Below are positions 19,440 through 29,344 of a stretch of 64,000 bases of DNA, piece after piece. The notes below the pieces were generated by a model. It had not been told where the DNA came from. It searched no databases and saw only the letters and a list, made by a program, of their open reading frames with translations. The stretch lies in NCBI GenBank assembly GCA_041659245.1, contig JBAZYQ010000001.1:4912-68911 (forward strand). Direction: 5' to 3'. Source of the stretch: Candidatus Nanoarchaeia archaeon. GTDB taxonomy: Archaea; Nanobdellota; Nanobdellia; SCGC-AAA011-G17; GW2011-AR17. Numbering within the stretch: the stretch's first letter is position 1; every line of letters starts with the position of its first letter. The position numbers and the translations under genes are program-made.

Positions 19440-20867
19440 ATGAATCTATGCTTTGTAAACTTAAATGATAATGGGGGAACGGTTTATCCCTTGGGTATTT
19501 TATCTTTAATGACTTATTTAAAACAATATTCTGAATTTCCTTTGGAAATGAGCCTTGCAGATGCGAATTTTGATATGGATCTAATGGATAAAATAATATG
19601 CTCAAAACCGGATGTGGTTGGCATAAGTGCTATGACTGTGGAATACGGTCAGGCGATAGAATTTGCTAAAGAATTGAAGAAAAGACTAAATATTCCAATA
19701 ATCTTAGGCGGTGTACATATATCTACATTGCCATTATCATTACATGCTTCTTTTGATATAGGTGTTATAGGCGAAGGAGAAGAAACCCTCCTGGAAATCC
19801 TTAAGCTATATGCTCAAAAGAAAACTTTTTTGCCAGATGATTTACGAGCAATAAAAGGGCTCATTTTTCATAATAATGGCGAAAAATGCATGACAGAACC
19901 AAGGGCATTTTTGGACCTTGATAAGATTCCGATAGGGGACAGGTCTTTGCTTAATCAAAAATATTTTAAACCAAGAATAATGCACACGGGCAAATTTAGT
20001 GTTTTTGATTCGATATTCACAACGCGAGGATGCCCTTATAATTGCAGATTTTGTTCTTCAAGTTCTTTCTGGAAAAAAGTAAGATACCATTCCCCCCAAC
20101 ACGTTGTAAATGAAATTAAATATTTATATGATATACATAAGATAAAATTCATAGCCATTATCGATGATCTTTTTATTGCTGATAGGAATAGAATCAAAGA
20201 AATAATCTCCCTTTTAAAACATGAAGACTTACTTGGAAAAATAACTTTTAGTTGCTATGCAAGAGTAAATTTAGTGGATGATGACTTATGCAGATTATTA
20301 AAAGAAATGAATGTAGTTCTGGTTGGATTTGGTTTTGAGAGTGGCAGTGATAGGATGCTAAAATGGCTGAAAAAAGATAATTCATTGTCAGCAGAAAAAA
20401 ATAGAAAAGCTGCAAAAATGTGCAAGGATTATGGGCTGATGGTAGAGGGATATTTATTATTCGGTTCTCCGGGAGAAACTATTGATGACATGAATCAAAC
20501 CGTGGATTTAATAGATTATTTCATTAAGATAAAATTGGACAATCTGGGGCTTTTTGTGCTTACTCCTTTTCCGGCGACAGAAATATGGGAAATTGCAAAA
20601 CAAAGGGGCAAGGTTAATGATTGTAAAATGGACTGGGCCTTACTTTCTCTTACCCGAGATGAACCACTCCTATTGGATGACAGCATAAGCAAGGAACAAT
20701 TTATGCAAGTTTTTTTAAAAGCGAGAAAAAAATTAAGATATTTTATATGGAAAAAAATTATGAGAGACTTGAAAAATGGCAATATGCTGCTTATGATAAA
20801 AACTGCAATCAAAAATCCAAAACGTTTGACTAACCTTTTGTTTAATGGACCTATCGACTCTGAATAG
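19440..20867 (+). CDS. Cobalamin-binding radical SAM protein (#3)
   Basis: YPLGILSL, GGVHIS, GEGE, TRGCPYNCRFC, GFESG, PFPAT; TTTATAAA at 19408-19415. Confidence 0.92.
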   Translation: MNLCFVNLNDNGGTVYPLGILSLMTYLKQYSEFPLEMSLADANFDMDLMDKIICSKPDVVGISAMTVEYGQAIEFAKELKKRLNIPIILGGVHISTLPLSLHASFDIGVIGEGEETLLEILKLYAQKKTFLPDDLRAIKGLIFHNNGEKCMTEPRAFLDLDKIPIGDRSLLNQKYFKPRIMHTGKFSVFDSIFTTRGCPYNCRFCSSSSFWKKVRYHSPQHVVNEIKYLYDIHKIKFIAIIDDLFIADRNRIKEIISLLKHEDLLGKITFSCYARVNLVDDDLCRLLKEMNVVLVGFGFESGSDRMLKWLKKDNSLSAEKNRKAAKMCKDYGLMVEGYLLFGSPGETIDDMNQTVDLIDYFIKIKLDNLGLFVLTPFPATEIWEIAKQRGKVNDCKMDWALLSLTRDEPLLLDDSISKEQFMQVFLKARKKLRYFIWKKIMRDLKNGNMLLMIKTAIKNPKRLTNLLFNGPIDSE

Positions 20868-20935
20868 GGCAAATCCGATCATCAGAGTGGGGCATCATAC
20901 ATAAATCTTTTTAAGCTAATATAGTGCCTAATTGT

Positions 20936-22435
20936 ATGACAGAGCAGGCAATACTGAATAAAATATCCAAAGGCGCAACTCTACTTTTAATAGGGATGGT
21001 TATTTCCAAGGTATTTTCATACATTTATAGGGTTATTATTGCCCGTTATTTGGGAGCAGATGTATATGGATTATTCAGTATTGGATTAGCGGTTATAGGC
21101 ATCTTAGTTAGTCTCTCACTTGTCGGGCTCCCTCAGGGAATATTGAGGTATGTATCTTATTATAGCGGGAAACGCGATGAAAAATCCATTCATGCAATAA
21201 TAAATAATGCTTTTAAGATTATAATCCCCCTCTCGCTATTATTTACATTGTTGCTTTTTATTTTTGCCAAATGGATTTCTCTTTATTTTTTCCATGACCC
21301 TTCCCTGGTTAACATGCTGAAATTAATGTCTTTTGCAATACCTCTTACTGTAATCGCAATAGGCATAGAATACTCATTCCAGGCATTTCAAAAAATAAAC
21401 TATATAGTTATAGCTAAAACTATTGTGGGACCTGTCTCAAAAGTAACAATTTCACTCATAGTACTAATTATGGGCTACAAGCTTATGGGCATAGCTTTTG
21501 CTTATATCTTCTCGCTATTTATTTCCGCTTTATTGATGGCATATTTTCTTAAAAAGATAGTTTCTTTTAGGAAAATAGCCTTAGCGCCGCCTATTTTTTA
21601 CAAGCAATTATTATATTTTTCACTTCCATTAATGTTTTCGGAATTATTTATTTCGCTTTTGACTTGGAGCGATACATTAATTTTAGGGTATTTTGTTCCT
21701 GCTGTACAAGTAGGTATATATAATGCTGCAGTACCTACTGCATATCTTATTTTTACAATACCCGTTGCATTAATAACTTTATTTATGCCAACAATAAGCG
21801 GTATGTATGCAAGGAAAGAGGATTTTAGCAATCTCTATGATACTATAAATAAATGGATGTTTTTGGTTGGTGTGCCTTCTGTGTTGGTTTTAGGATTATA
21901 TTCCAAACAGATACTTTCAATATTATTTGGTAAAATATTCGTTGAAGGCTATTTTGTATTAATTCTGATTGCAATAAGCTTCTTTATATATTCTCTCATG
22001 CTTACATCAGAATCAATACTTATTATAATGAAAAAGACAAAATTAATATTGTTCAATAGTTTTTTAACAGTTTTGCTAAATATTATTATGAACCTGTTGC
22101 TTATACCCAAATATGGGCTTATGGGGGCGGCAATTGCAACTGCTTCTGCATTTTTATTGACGAGTATTCTTGTTGCGATAGAAACATATTATCTCACAAA
22201 ATTGTTCCCGTTAAAATTAGGCTATATCAAGTGTATAATCTCTGCTGCTATACCTTTTACTCTTATAGTTTATCTTAATACTTACATAAATACCCATGTG
22301 CTATTTGGGCTCATCTTTTTGGCTTTAATATATCTTGTGTTGTATATAATACTATTAAGGCTTACACATGCTTTAGGCGCAGAGGAAATAAGTCTTATCA
22401 AAAGTGCATGGCAAAAGGTCAAGACTAAATTTTAA
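20936..22435 (+). CDS. Oligosaccharide flippase (Wzx/MOP superfamily)
   Basis: About 14 TM; ARYLG..VYG, FSLPL, DTLILG.F.....VGIYNAA, LLIPKYGLMGAAIAT; start trimmed to ATG 20936. Confidence 0.92.
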   Translation: MTEQAILNKISKGATLLLIGMVISKVFSYIYRVIIARYLGADVYGLFSIGLAVIGILVSLSLVGLPQGILRYVSYYSGKRDEKSIHAIINNAFKIIIPLSLLFTLLLFIFAKWISLYFFHDPSLVNMLKLMSFAIPLTVIAIGIEYSFQAFQKINYIVIAKTIVGPVSKVTISLIVLIMGYKLMGIAFAYIFSLFISALLMAYFLKKIVSFRKIALAPPIFYKQLLYFSLPLMFSELFISLLTWSDTLILGYFVPAVQVGIYNAAVPTAYLIFTIPVALITLFMPTISGMYARKEDFSNLYDTINKWMFLVGVPSVLVLGLYSKQILSILFGKIFVEGYFVLILIAISFFIYSLMLTSESILIIMKKTKLILFNSFLTVLLNIIMNLLLIPKYGLMGAAIATASAFLLTSILVAIETYYLTKLFPLKLGYIKCIISAAIPFTLIVYLNTYINTHVLFGLIFLALIYLVLYIILLRLTHALGAEEISLIKSAWQKVKTKF

Positions 22436-22487
22436 TGATTTAGGACAATATAGATATATTTTTAAATGCTTAGTCTTATTTAATTCT

Positions 22488-24011
22488 ATGCCAAATATAA
22501 AAAAACACATAGTACTATACAATCCTCAGCAGGAAGAAGGCAAAACAAAGATTGACATATCACTTGCGCTGTTAAGCATTGCTGCTATCCCTTATGAAGA
22601 AGGTTATAAGATACATTACGTTAACAATTCAGATTCAAATGCGCTGGAAAAAGCAATTGATTATTCTAGGGGTTCCCTTTGTGTTGCTTTTAGTGTCATG
22701 ACGGGGTATCAGATTAAGGATGCATTAAAAGTAAGCAGGGCTATTAAGAATAAGTATCCTGAAGTCAAGATTGTCTGGGGCGGGTGGCATCCTTCAATAT
22801 TGCCTGAACAGACGATACAGAATGAACTCATAGATCTAATTGCAGTGGGGCAGGGCCAGCGAACATTTGCTGAGCTTGTTAGGGCGCTGGATAAGAATCA
22901 GCCTCTTGAAAAAGTAAAGGGAATCCTGTATAAGCAGGATGGTAAAATAAAGAAGACAGAGCCAAGAACATTTGAAGACATAAATAATTTTCCACCTCTT
23001 CCCTATGGCCTAATAGACGGAAAAGGATTCATAAGGAATGTTGATGAGGTAGCAACAAGAATTATTGACTATTTTACCAGTCAGGGTTGTCCTCATAGAT
23101 GCAGATTTTGCGCAGACCCTTTAGTTTACAAGCATCGCACAACAATGCTGAAACCGGAACGAATTATAACTGACATTGAACATTTGATAAATGATTATGG
23201 AATAAACGGCGTAATCTGTACTGATACTAACTTCTTTATTGATGAGAAGAGGGTAAGAGAGATATGTAAATCATTGATTGAAAATGGGATAAAGATTTCA
23301 TGGGGAAGCATGAATGGCAGGACAGAACATTTATTAAGGCTTTCAGATGATACATGGAAATTGCTGAAGGAATGTAATTTTTCCAGTTTTCTTGTTGGAG
23401 CCGAGTCAGGAAGCGATGAAAGTCTGAGATTCATACAAAAAGATGCGACAGTAAAAGATACCTTGGAACTTGCAAAAAAATGCAAGCAGTACGGGTTTAA
23501 AGCCTATTATTCTTTCATGCTTGGACTGCCTCCAAATCCGGATTTAATGGAGCCTTATTCTCTGCAGATTAAAAAAGACTGGAAGGCTCTTATTAAAATA
23601 ACAAAAGATATACTTTCAATAAGTAAAGACAATATGTTTTATTTTCTTATCTATACACCTTATCCTGGGACCCCCTTTTACGAGCTATGCAAGAAAAATG
23701 GGCTTAAAGAGCCAGGTAGCCTTGAACAATGGGGGGATTTTACTCTAGACAGGGTTAAGACTCCATGGATGCCAAGAGAATATGTATCTTTGCTCGAACA
23801 AATGAACATGCTCTTTATTCCATTCTTGACTGGAAGTATTTATGTTAAGCTAGGGAAATATGGGCTGCTTGGTAAGGCTGTGAAGATAGCCTTTCTTCCA
23901 CTGCACGGACTGGTAATGTTAAGATGGAAGTTTGAATTCTTTTCACTGCCAGTTGAATACAAACTTATGAAACTGGCAAGAAAAATAGCGCGAAAAATCA
24001 GTTCGATATGA
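22488..24011 (+). CDS. Cobalamin-binding radical SAM protein (#4)
   Basis: WGGWHPS, GQGQ, SQGCPHRCRFC, GAESG, TPYPGT; start trimmed to ATG 22488. Confidence 0.92.
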   Translation: MPNIKKHIVLYNPQQEEGKTKIDISLALLSIAAIPYEEGYKIHYVNNSDSNALEKAIDYSRGSLCVAFSVMTGYQIKDALKVSRAIKNKYPEVKIVWGGWHPSILPEQTIQNELIDLIAVGQGQRTFAELVRALDKNQPLEKVKGILYKQDGKIKKTEPRTFEDINNFPPLPYGLIDGKGFIRNVDEVATRIIDYFTSQGCPHRCRFCADPLVYKHRTTMLKPERIITDIEHLINDYGINGVICTDTNFFIDEKRVREICKSLIENGIKISWGSMNGRTEHLLRLSDDTWKLLKECNFSSFLVGAESGSDESLRFIQKDATVKDTLELAKKCKQYGFKAYYSFMLGLPPNPDLMEPYSLQIKKDWKALIKITKDILSISKDNMFYFLIYTPYPGTPFYELCKKNGLKEPGSLEQWGDFTLDRVKTPWMPREYVSLLEQMNMLFIPFLTGSIYVKLGKYGLLGKAVKIAFLPLHGLVMLRWKFEFFSLPVEYKLMKLARKIARKISSI

Positions 24012-24108
24012 TATTGATACAAGATTAATTGCAATTCATTTTTTTGTAAAAGAAGAAGGAACCACAATAACACAAGGTTTATATAGGGCTATTTTCTAAA
24101 ATTAGTTA

Positions 24109-24789
24109 ATGCAGACTAAAAATATCCAATATTACAATAACAAATATTTTGAATGGCAGAAGACAGCGGGAAAGCTTGGGGGAATACTTGATTTATTCAA
24201 ATTTAAGGAATTCATAATGCCTACAGATAAAGTTATAGACTTTGGTTGTGGCGGCGGTTATTTGCTTGCAAATATCAATTGTGCGGAAAAGAAGGGCATA
24301 GAAATTAATGAAAACGCATGGCCATTTGCAAAGCAGAACAAAGTCGATGTGGTTAAAAGTGCGGAAGATATCCAGGATAATTGGGCTGATGTGATTATAT
24401 CTAATCATGCTTTGGAGCACACGCTAAATCCTTATGGGGAATTAAGAAAATTATATCCTAAATTGAAAAAAGGAGGCAGGATTGTGTTTGTTCTGCCGCA
24501 TGAAATTAGGAGCAAATATATTCCGGGCGATGTTAACCAGCATCTTTATACGTGGAGTCCTATGTGTGCGGGAAATCTATTTACCACGGCAGGCTATAAG
24601 GTTGAAAGGGTTGAAACAATAAAATATCAGTGGCCGCCTTATTATCAGCGTGAAATATTGACTTGCCTGGGCAAAGGGACATTTGATTTGCTGTCTAGGA
24701 TATATGCAAGAGTTTATCCTTTTTTAATAACGGCAAAAACTGTAAGAAATATATACCATTTACAAGTAAGGGTTATTGCAAGAAAATAA
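24109..24789 (+). CDS. Class I SAM-dependent methyltransferase
   Basis: VIDFGCGGG, SNHALEH, LKKGG; TTTATATA at 24078-24085. Confidence 0.88.
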   Translation: MQTKNIQYYNNKYFEWQKTAGKLGGILDLFKFKEFIMPTDKVIDFGCGGGYLLANINCAEKKGIEINENAWPFAKQNKVDVVKSAEDIQDNWADVIISNHALEHTLNPYGELRKLYPKLKKGGRIVFVLPHEIRSKYIPGDVNQHLYTWSPMCAGNLFTTAGYKVERVETIKYQWPPYYQREILTCLGKGTFDLLSRIYARVYPFLITAKTVRNIYHLQVRVIARK

Positions 24790-24877
24790 TCCTGTTTTTA
24801 TTAAATTAAAGGGTTGCTTAAGCAATGCTTTATTATGTGCTCTTTTGATTCTAGTAAGCAGCTACTTTTGTTAAGGC

Positions 24878-25975
24878 CTATCTGTTTATTATTTTGCTGC
24901 AGATTCCTTCAATTTCTTTTTCTGTCAAATTAACAGACGAAGGCAGGTAAAGCCCTTTTATTGATAATTCTATTGAAACCGGATAATCTTTAGAATTATA
25001 CTTATCTTTTGGCAGATAGGGCTGTTTATGCAAAGGCCAGAAAAAGAATCTGGTGTCTACGCCTTTTTCATATAATTCTTTTTTAAGCTCATCTCTTGTT
25101 ATGCCAAAATCATCTTCAATCAAGATGCCGTACATCCAATAGACATTTCTAACATCACTTAGTTCAGGCGGCGTTATTATGCCTTTTACTTTGCTTAAGT
25201 ATTTATTGTAAGTTTTTGCAATCTGTCTTTTTTTTGCTATTGTCTCTTCAATTCTTTCCAGCTGTGCCAATCCTATTGCTGCCTGAATATTGGTGAGCCT
25301 GAAATTATATCCTATTTCCGCATGTATATGCCTTCTTTCCTTGTCAAAAGCAAGGTTGTGCAGCCATCTTGCTCTCTCTGCCAGCGCCTTGTCATTTGTG
25401 ACAATCATTCCGCCTTCACCTGTTGTTATTATCTTATTGGCATAAAAGCTAAAACAGCCAATATTTCCGAAACTTCCCACTTTTTTCCCTTTATATTCTG
25501 CACCGTGAGCTTCTGCGCAGTCTTCTATTACCTTCAGATTATGCTTTTTAGCAATTCCCATTATGCTGTCCATCTCGCAGGGGTGTCCGTATATGTGAAC
25601 GACCATTATTGCTTTTGTTCTGTTTGTTATTTTTCCTTCAATTCTTTTTGGGTCAATGTTCCATGTTTCTCTACACGAGTCTATAAATACCGGCTCTGCT
25701 CCTACATACTGAATTGCAAAGAGGCAGGAAGCCATTGTGAAATCAGAGACAATAACTTCATCTCCTTTTTTTATATTAAGCGCAAGAAGAGCCAGATGCA
25801 ATGCTGTTGTGCCATTTGTGGTGGCAACGCCGTATTTTACCCCGCAATATTCAGCAAATGATTCTTCAAATCGTGCATTATATTTGCCGTTATAAGAAAT
25901 CCATTTATCTTTTAAGCAATCTTTTACATATTCTGCTTCTTTTTCGCCTATTTCCGGCTCAAACACGGGAATCAT
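24878..25975 (-). CDS. DegT/DnrJ/EryC1/StrS PLP sugar aminotransferase (perosamine synthase-like)
   Basis: NGTTALHLAL, VHIYGHP, EDCAEAHGA, FSFYANKIITTGEGG (PLP lysine), GYNFRLTN, LYLPS. Confidence 0.93.
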   Translation of the reverse strand: MIPVFEPEIGEKEAEYVKDCLKDKWISYNGKYNARFEESFAEYCGVKYGVATTNGTTALHLALLALNIKKGDEVIVSDFTMASCLFAIQYVGAEPVFIDSCRETWNIDPKRIEGKITNRTKAIMVVHIYGHPCEMDSIMGIAKKHNLKVIEDCAEAHGAEYKGKKVGSFGNIGCFSFYANKIITTGEGGMIVTNDKALAERARWLHNLAFDKERRHIHAEIGYNFRLTNIQAAIGLAQLERIEETIAKKRQIAKTYNKYLSKVKGIITPPELSDVRNVYWMYGILIEDDFGITRDELKKELYEKGVDTRFFFWPLHKQPYLPKDKYNSKDYPVSIELSIKGLYLPSSVNLTEKEIEGICSKIINR

Positions 25976-26367
25976 TTTGTTATGTCTACTCTGATTACAT
26001 CTTTTTCATACCCATTGTCTGTCCTTGAGAAGTCATGGAAATCTAGAAACTCAAAATCTTCCAAGGCAATTATCGTATGAATCACTTTTGGCGGTATGCT
26101 AATGAAATCCCCTTCTTTTATTATGTTCTTTTCTGTTTTTGCATTGGGATCTTCCGAATCCTTGCTTAGGAATTCAGCTTTTCCTTTTAATACATAATTG
26201 AACTGTTTCGCCTTGTTGTGGTAATGGTTTCCCCTTACAGCTCCTTTTTTTGAGGTTATCAGCCCAATATGCAATATATTTTCATCATCCAGAATATCAT
26301 GGATAGCTCCGCGCTGGTCTTCAAATGCCGGTTTTATATGCTTTATGCTTATTTTTTTGTTTTCCAT
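25972..26367 (-). CDS. Cupin-domain protein (sugar isomerase/epimerase-like)
   Basis: FEDQRG, RGNHYH, IPPKVIH cupin motifs; ATGA-coupled to the aminotransferase. Confidence 0.8.
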   Translation of the reverse strand: MENKKISIKHIKPAFEDQRGAIHDILDDENILHIGLITSKKGAVRGNHYHNKAKQFNYVLKGKAEFLSKDSEDPNAKTEKNIIKEGDFISIPPKVIHTIIALEDFEFLDFHDFSRTDNGYEKDVIRVDITK

Positions 26368-26371
26368 AGTT

Positions 26372-27607
26372 TCACTCCAGTATTTTTGGTTTTGGTATTG
26401 GTATTATGAACTTGCAGCCGTTTTTTCTGTGAGCTTCAAGGTTCTTTATTATTTCTTCAGCAAAGTTCCAAGGCAGGATTATTCCATAATCCGGCTTGTC
26501 TTCAAGTATTTTTTGGTCAGGATATATCGCAAGATGCAATCCTGGGCTGAATCTTCCAATTTTTAATGTTGATTTTTCTGTCAGATACTCAATAATTCCG
26601 TTGTTAAGCGCACAATAATTAAGCATGGTATTGCCTTTTGCAGGCGCCCCTATTCCCACTATTTTTTTACCCTGTTTCTTAAGCTCGATCAGTATAGATA
26701 CCAGCTCTAATCTTTGTTTCCTGACTTCTTCTGCAACTTTATTCAGCTTTTCAAGTGAGTACACTTTTGCTTCCTCTTCCAGATTGACCAGCTCATTAAC
26801 AATATGGGCTATTTCTCGCTTTCCTTTTCTTCCAATGAAAACTCTGATTGAACCCCCGTGTATTCCTGAGCGGTAAACATCAAAAATTTCCATTCCAAAT
26901 TTATTGAAAAAAGGGATGAGCGGCTTTATCGAGAGATATGACAAATGTTGGTGATATATTGTGTCGTACTCATTGTTTTCAACCAGATTAATAAGATAAG
27001 GAGATTCAAAAATAAATACGCCATCATCTGTAAGGAGCAAATCAATTGCTTTCATAATATCATCAAGGTCATCTATATGCGCAAAGACATTTGTTCCGGT
27101 TATTGCATGGGCTTTGCCTCTTTCTGTTAATATTTTTGCTGCTAATTTTTCAGTAAACAGGCTGCAAATTGTTTCTATGCCTCTGTCATTTGCAATTTTT
27201 GCAACAATAGGTGCAGGATCAACCCCCAGTACTTTCATTCCATTGCTTTTGAATCCTTCCAGCAATACGCCCACATTGCTTCCAATATCCACCAGAAATG
27301 AGCCTCTTTTAAGGCCTATTTTTTGGCAGATGGAATTTGCCATTTCAGAATAATGCACCTTGCCTGTTTCAGTTATAGAAGATTCATACATATATTCGCC
27401 CTGATAAAGAACCTTGGGCGGGACAACATAATCTAGCTGATGAAACCCGCAATTAAGGCAGATTTGCACCCTTAACGGATAAAATGCCTCTTCCTCATTT
27501 AATTCTTCTTTTCTCAGAAAATGATCAGAATGCGGGTGAAAACCCAAATCCAGATAGGTTTTAAGTTTCTTTCCCTTGCATAAACGACATTCTGTTTTTA
27601 GTGGCAT
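26372..27607 (-). CDS. NDP-hexose C-methyltransferase (TylCIII/TcaB9-like)
   Basis: CRLC...CLNC Zn site, DIGSNVG, NVFAH, YHQHLSY, HGGSIR, GAPAKG, PWNFAEEI. Confidence 0.9.
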   Translation of the reverse strand: MPLKTECRLCKGKKLKTYLDLGFHPHSDHFLRKEELNEEEAFYPLRVQICLNCGFHQLDYVVPPKVLYQGEYMYESSITETGKVHYSEMANSICQKIGLKRGSFLVDIGSNVGVLLEGFKSNGMKVLGVDPAPIVAKIANDRGIETICSLFTEKLAAKILTERGKAHAITGTNVFAHIDDLDDIMKAIDLLLTDDGVFIFESPYLINLVENNEYDTIYHQHLSYLSIKPLIPFFNKFGMEIFDVYRSGIHGGSIRVFIGRKGKREIAHIVNELVNLEEEAKVYSLEKLNKVAEEVRKQRLELVSILIELKKQGKKIVGIGAPAKGNTMLNYCALNNGIIEYLTEKSTLKIGRFSPGLHLAIYPDQKILEDKPDYGIILPWNFAEEIIKNLEAHRKNGCKFIIPIPKPKILE

Positions 27608-27676
27608 TACGTCTAAACTGTTTTTTGTTTATTAATAAGCTTTATGGATATCGTGCCGCTATACAGTCCTATAAGC

Positions 27677-28423
27677 CTACAGCTTTGTTTTAGGCTTTTT
27701 AACAATGCATAGAATAGAAACGCCAAAAGGCAGATTAATCCTTTTTAAAACATTTGATTCAAGCAAAAAAATTGATTTGAAGAATTTATTAACAAATGGT
27801 GAAATATTGTCTATATCTGAAGAGACGGGCTTATTCTTATTTATCAAATTATCTATTTTTCTCATTACAAATACAAATGGAAATAAGAATGTATTGAAAT
27901 AAGAAGATTTTTTTATAATAAATCCGCAGTCACTCAATTTTCTGCATATCTCTTTCTTTGTATATCTTTCTCTTACATGGGCTGCAATATCGTGCCTACT
28001 ATGCATTGCAGGGCATGCTGCATCAGTCAAAATCAACAAGCCGTCCGGCTTTAATACCCTATATATTTCTCTTATTGCTTCGTTATCATCCTTAATCTGC
28101 TTATGATACAAAACATCAAGGCAGGTTACAATGTCAAAAAATTCGGATTTAAACGGCATTTTTATTACAGAACCCTTAAACAAATTCTTAAGCCCTCTCG
28201 CTTTGCAAAATTTAAGGGCCGCAGGCATTATGTCAAGTCCGTAAGTGTCATATCCTCTTGATTTTAAATCATAAAGCACCATGCCTGTGCCGCATCCGAC
28301 ATCAAGAAGCTTTAATCCTTTGCTGTTTTTGGGCAGGTTGTCATTTACTATTTTGCGCTTTACAATAAACCACCAATAGGCTTTTTCGAGTTTATACATT
28401 TTTTCATATTCCTGTAATTCCAT
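27677..28423 (-). CDS. Class I SAM-dependent methyltransferase
   Basis: E..YWWF..KR, LLDVGCGTG, DVLYH, LKPDG, HD...H..RY, PFGVS; start trimmed to ATG 28423. Confidence 0.88.
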   Translation of the reverse strand: MELQEYEKMYKLEKAYWWFIVKRKIVNDNLPKNSKGLKLLDVGCGTGMVLYDLKSRGYDTYGLDIMPAALKFCKARGLKNLFKGSVIKMPFKSEFFDIVTCLDVLYHKQIKDDNEAIREIYRVLKPDGLLILTDAACPAMHSRHDIAAHVRERYTKKEICRKLSDCGFIIKKSSYFNTFLFPFVFVMRKIDNLINKNKPVSSDIDNISPFVNKFFKSIFLLESNVLKRINLPFGVSILCIVKKPKTKL

Positions 28424-28471
28424 TTTAGTTGCGCGCCTCGCTGGTTTTATTTTTAAAAACAATTAAATAGA

Positions 28472-29191
28472 TTATTTATTTGGTCTGAATCTTAATCTTA
28501 TGATTGTTGTCCCTAAATTCCATGCATGCCCTATAAGGGTTTTAAATGAGTCTGCTGTCTTGGTTTCACCGAGAACTCTGTCATAGGTAATGTAAGGGAT
28601 ATCTTTTATCTTGAATCCCATTTTATAAGCTTCATATAGGAACTGTATGCAATATTCTGCATAATTGCCTTTTAAGTTTATATGTTTGAATACGTCCTTT
28701 TTTACTGCAACAAATCCGGTTGTATAATCTGTAATCTTGGGTGTGAGCAGCAGCATTGCAAATTGATTTATTGCCCAGCTGTATGCAATTCTTGGTATTG
28801 TTCTTGTATCTTTTCCGCCTTTAATATATCTTGATGCAGCGGCAATATCATATCCTTCATTAATTATTACGTTCAAGAGTTTAGGTAATAAATGAGGCGG
28901 ATGAGATAAATCGCAATCCATCCAGACAACTATTTCGCCTTTGGCTTCGTGTATGCCCCTTTGAATTGCGGTTACAAGCCCCCTTTCCTTGGTTCTTTTA
29001 ATAACGCGCACATTTGGTTTGTCGAGCTTCTCAACCGTTCTTGCTGTACCGTCAGGGGAATTATCATCAACAACTATTATCTCAAAAGGTAGTTTTACGT
29101 AATGTTCTATTTCTTTTATAACCAGGGGTACATTTTCGGTTTCATTGTAAGTGGGCAAAATAACAGAAACTTTAATTTGTTTGGGATTCAT
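28472..29191 (-). CDS. Polyprenol-phosphate mannose synthase-like GT2
   Basis: VILPTYNE, VDDNSPDGT, RGL, MDCDLSHPP, ASRY..GG, DYTTGF, DRVLGETK. Confidence 0.9.
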   Translation of the reverse strand: MNPKQIKVSVILPTYNETENVPLVIKEIEHYVKLPFEIIVVDDNSPDGTARTVEKLDKPNVRVIKRTKERGLVTAIQRGIHEAKGEIVVWMDCDLSHPPHLLPKLLNVIINEGYDIAAASRYIKGGKDTRTIPRIAYSWAINQFAMLLLTPKITDYTTGFVAVKKDVFKHINLKGNYAEYCIQFLYEAYKMGFKIKDIPYITYDRVLGETKTADSFKTLIGHAWNLGTTIIRLRFRPNK

Positions 29192-29344
29192 GACTAAATT
29201 AAGAAATAACTGGTTTAAATAATTTACTAAACCTTCATTTGTGTATACTCGAGAGGCATATACTATGAGAAATCTATACTTGCAGATTGTATCTCCTCAT
29301 ATAAATGAAATATTTGCCTTTCAATTTTTATATTGCTGAAAAGT

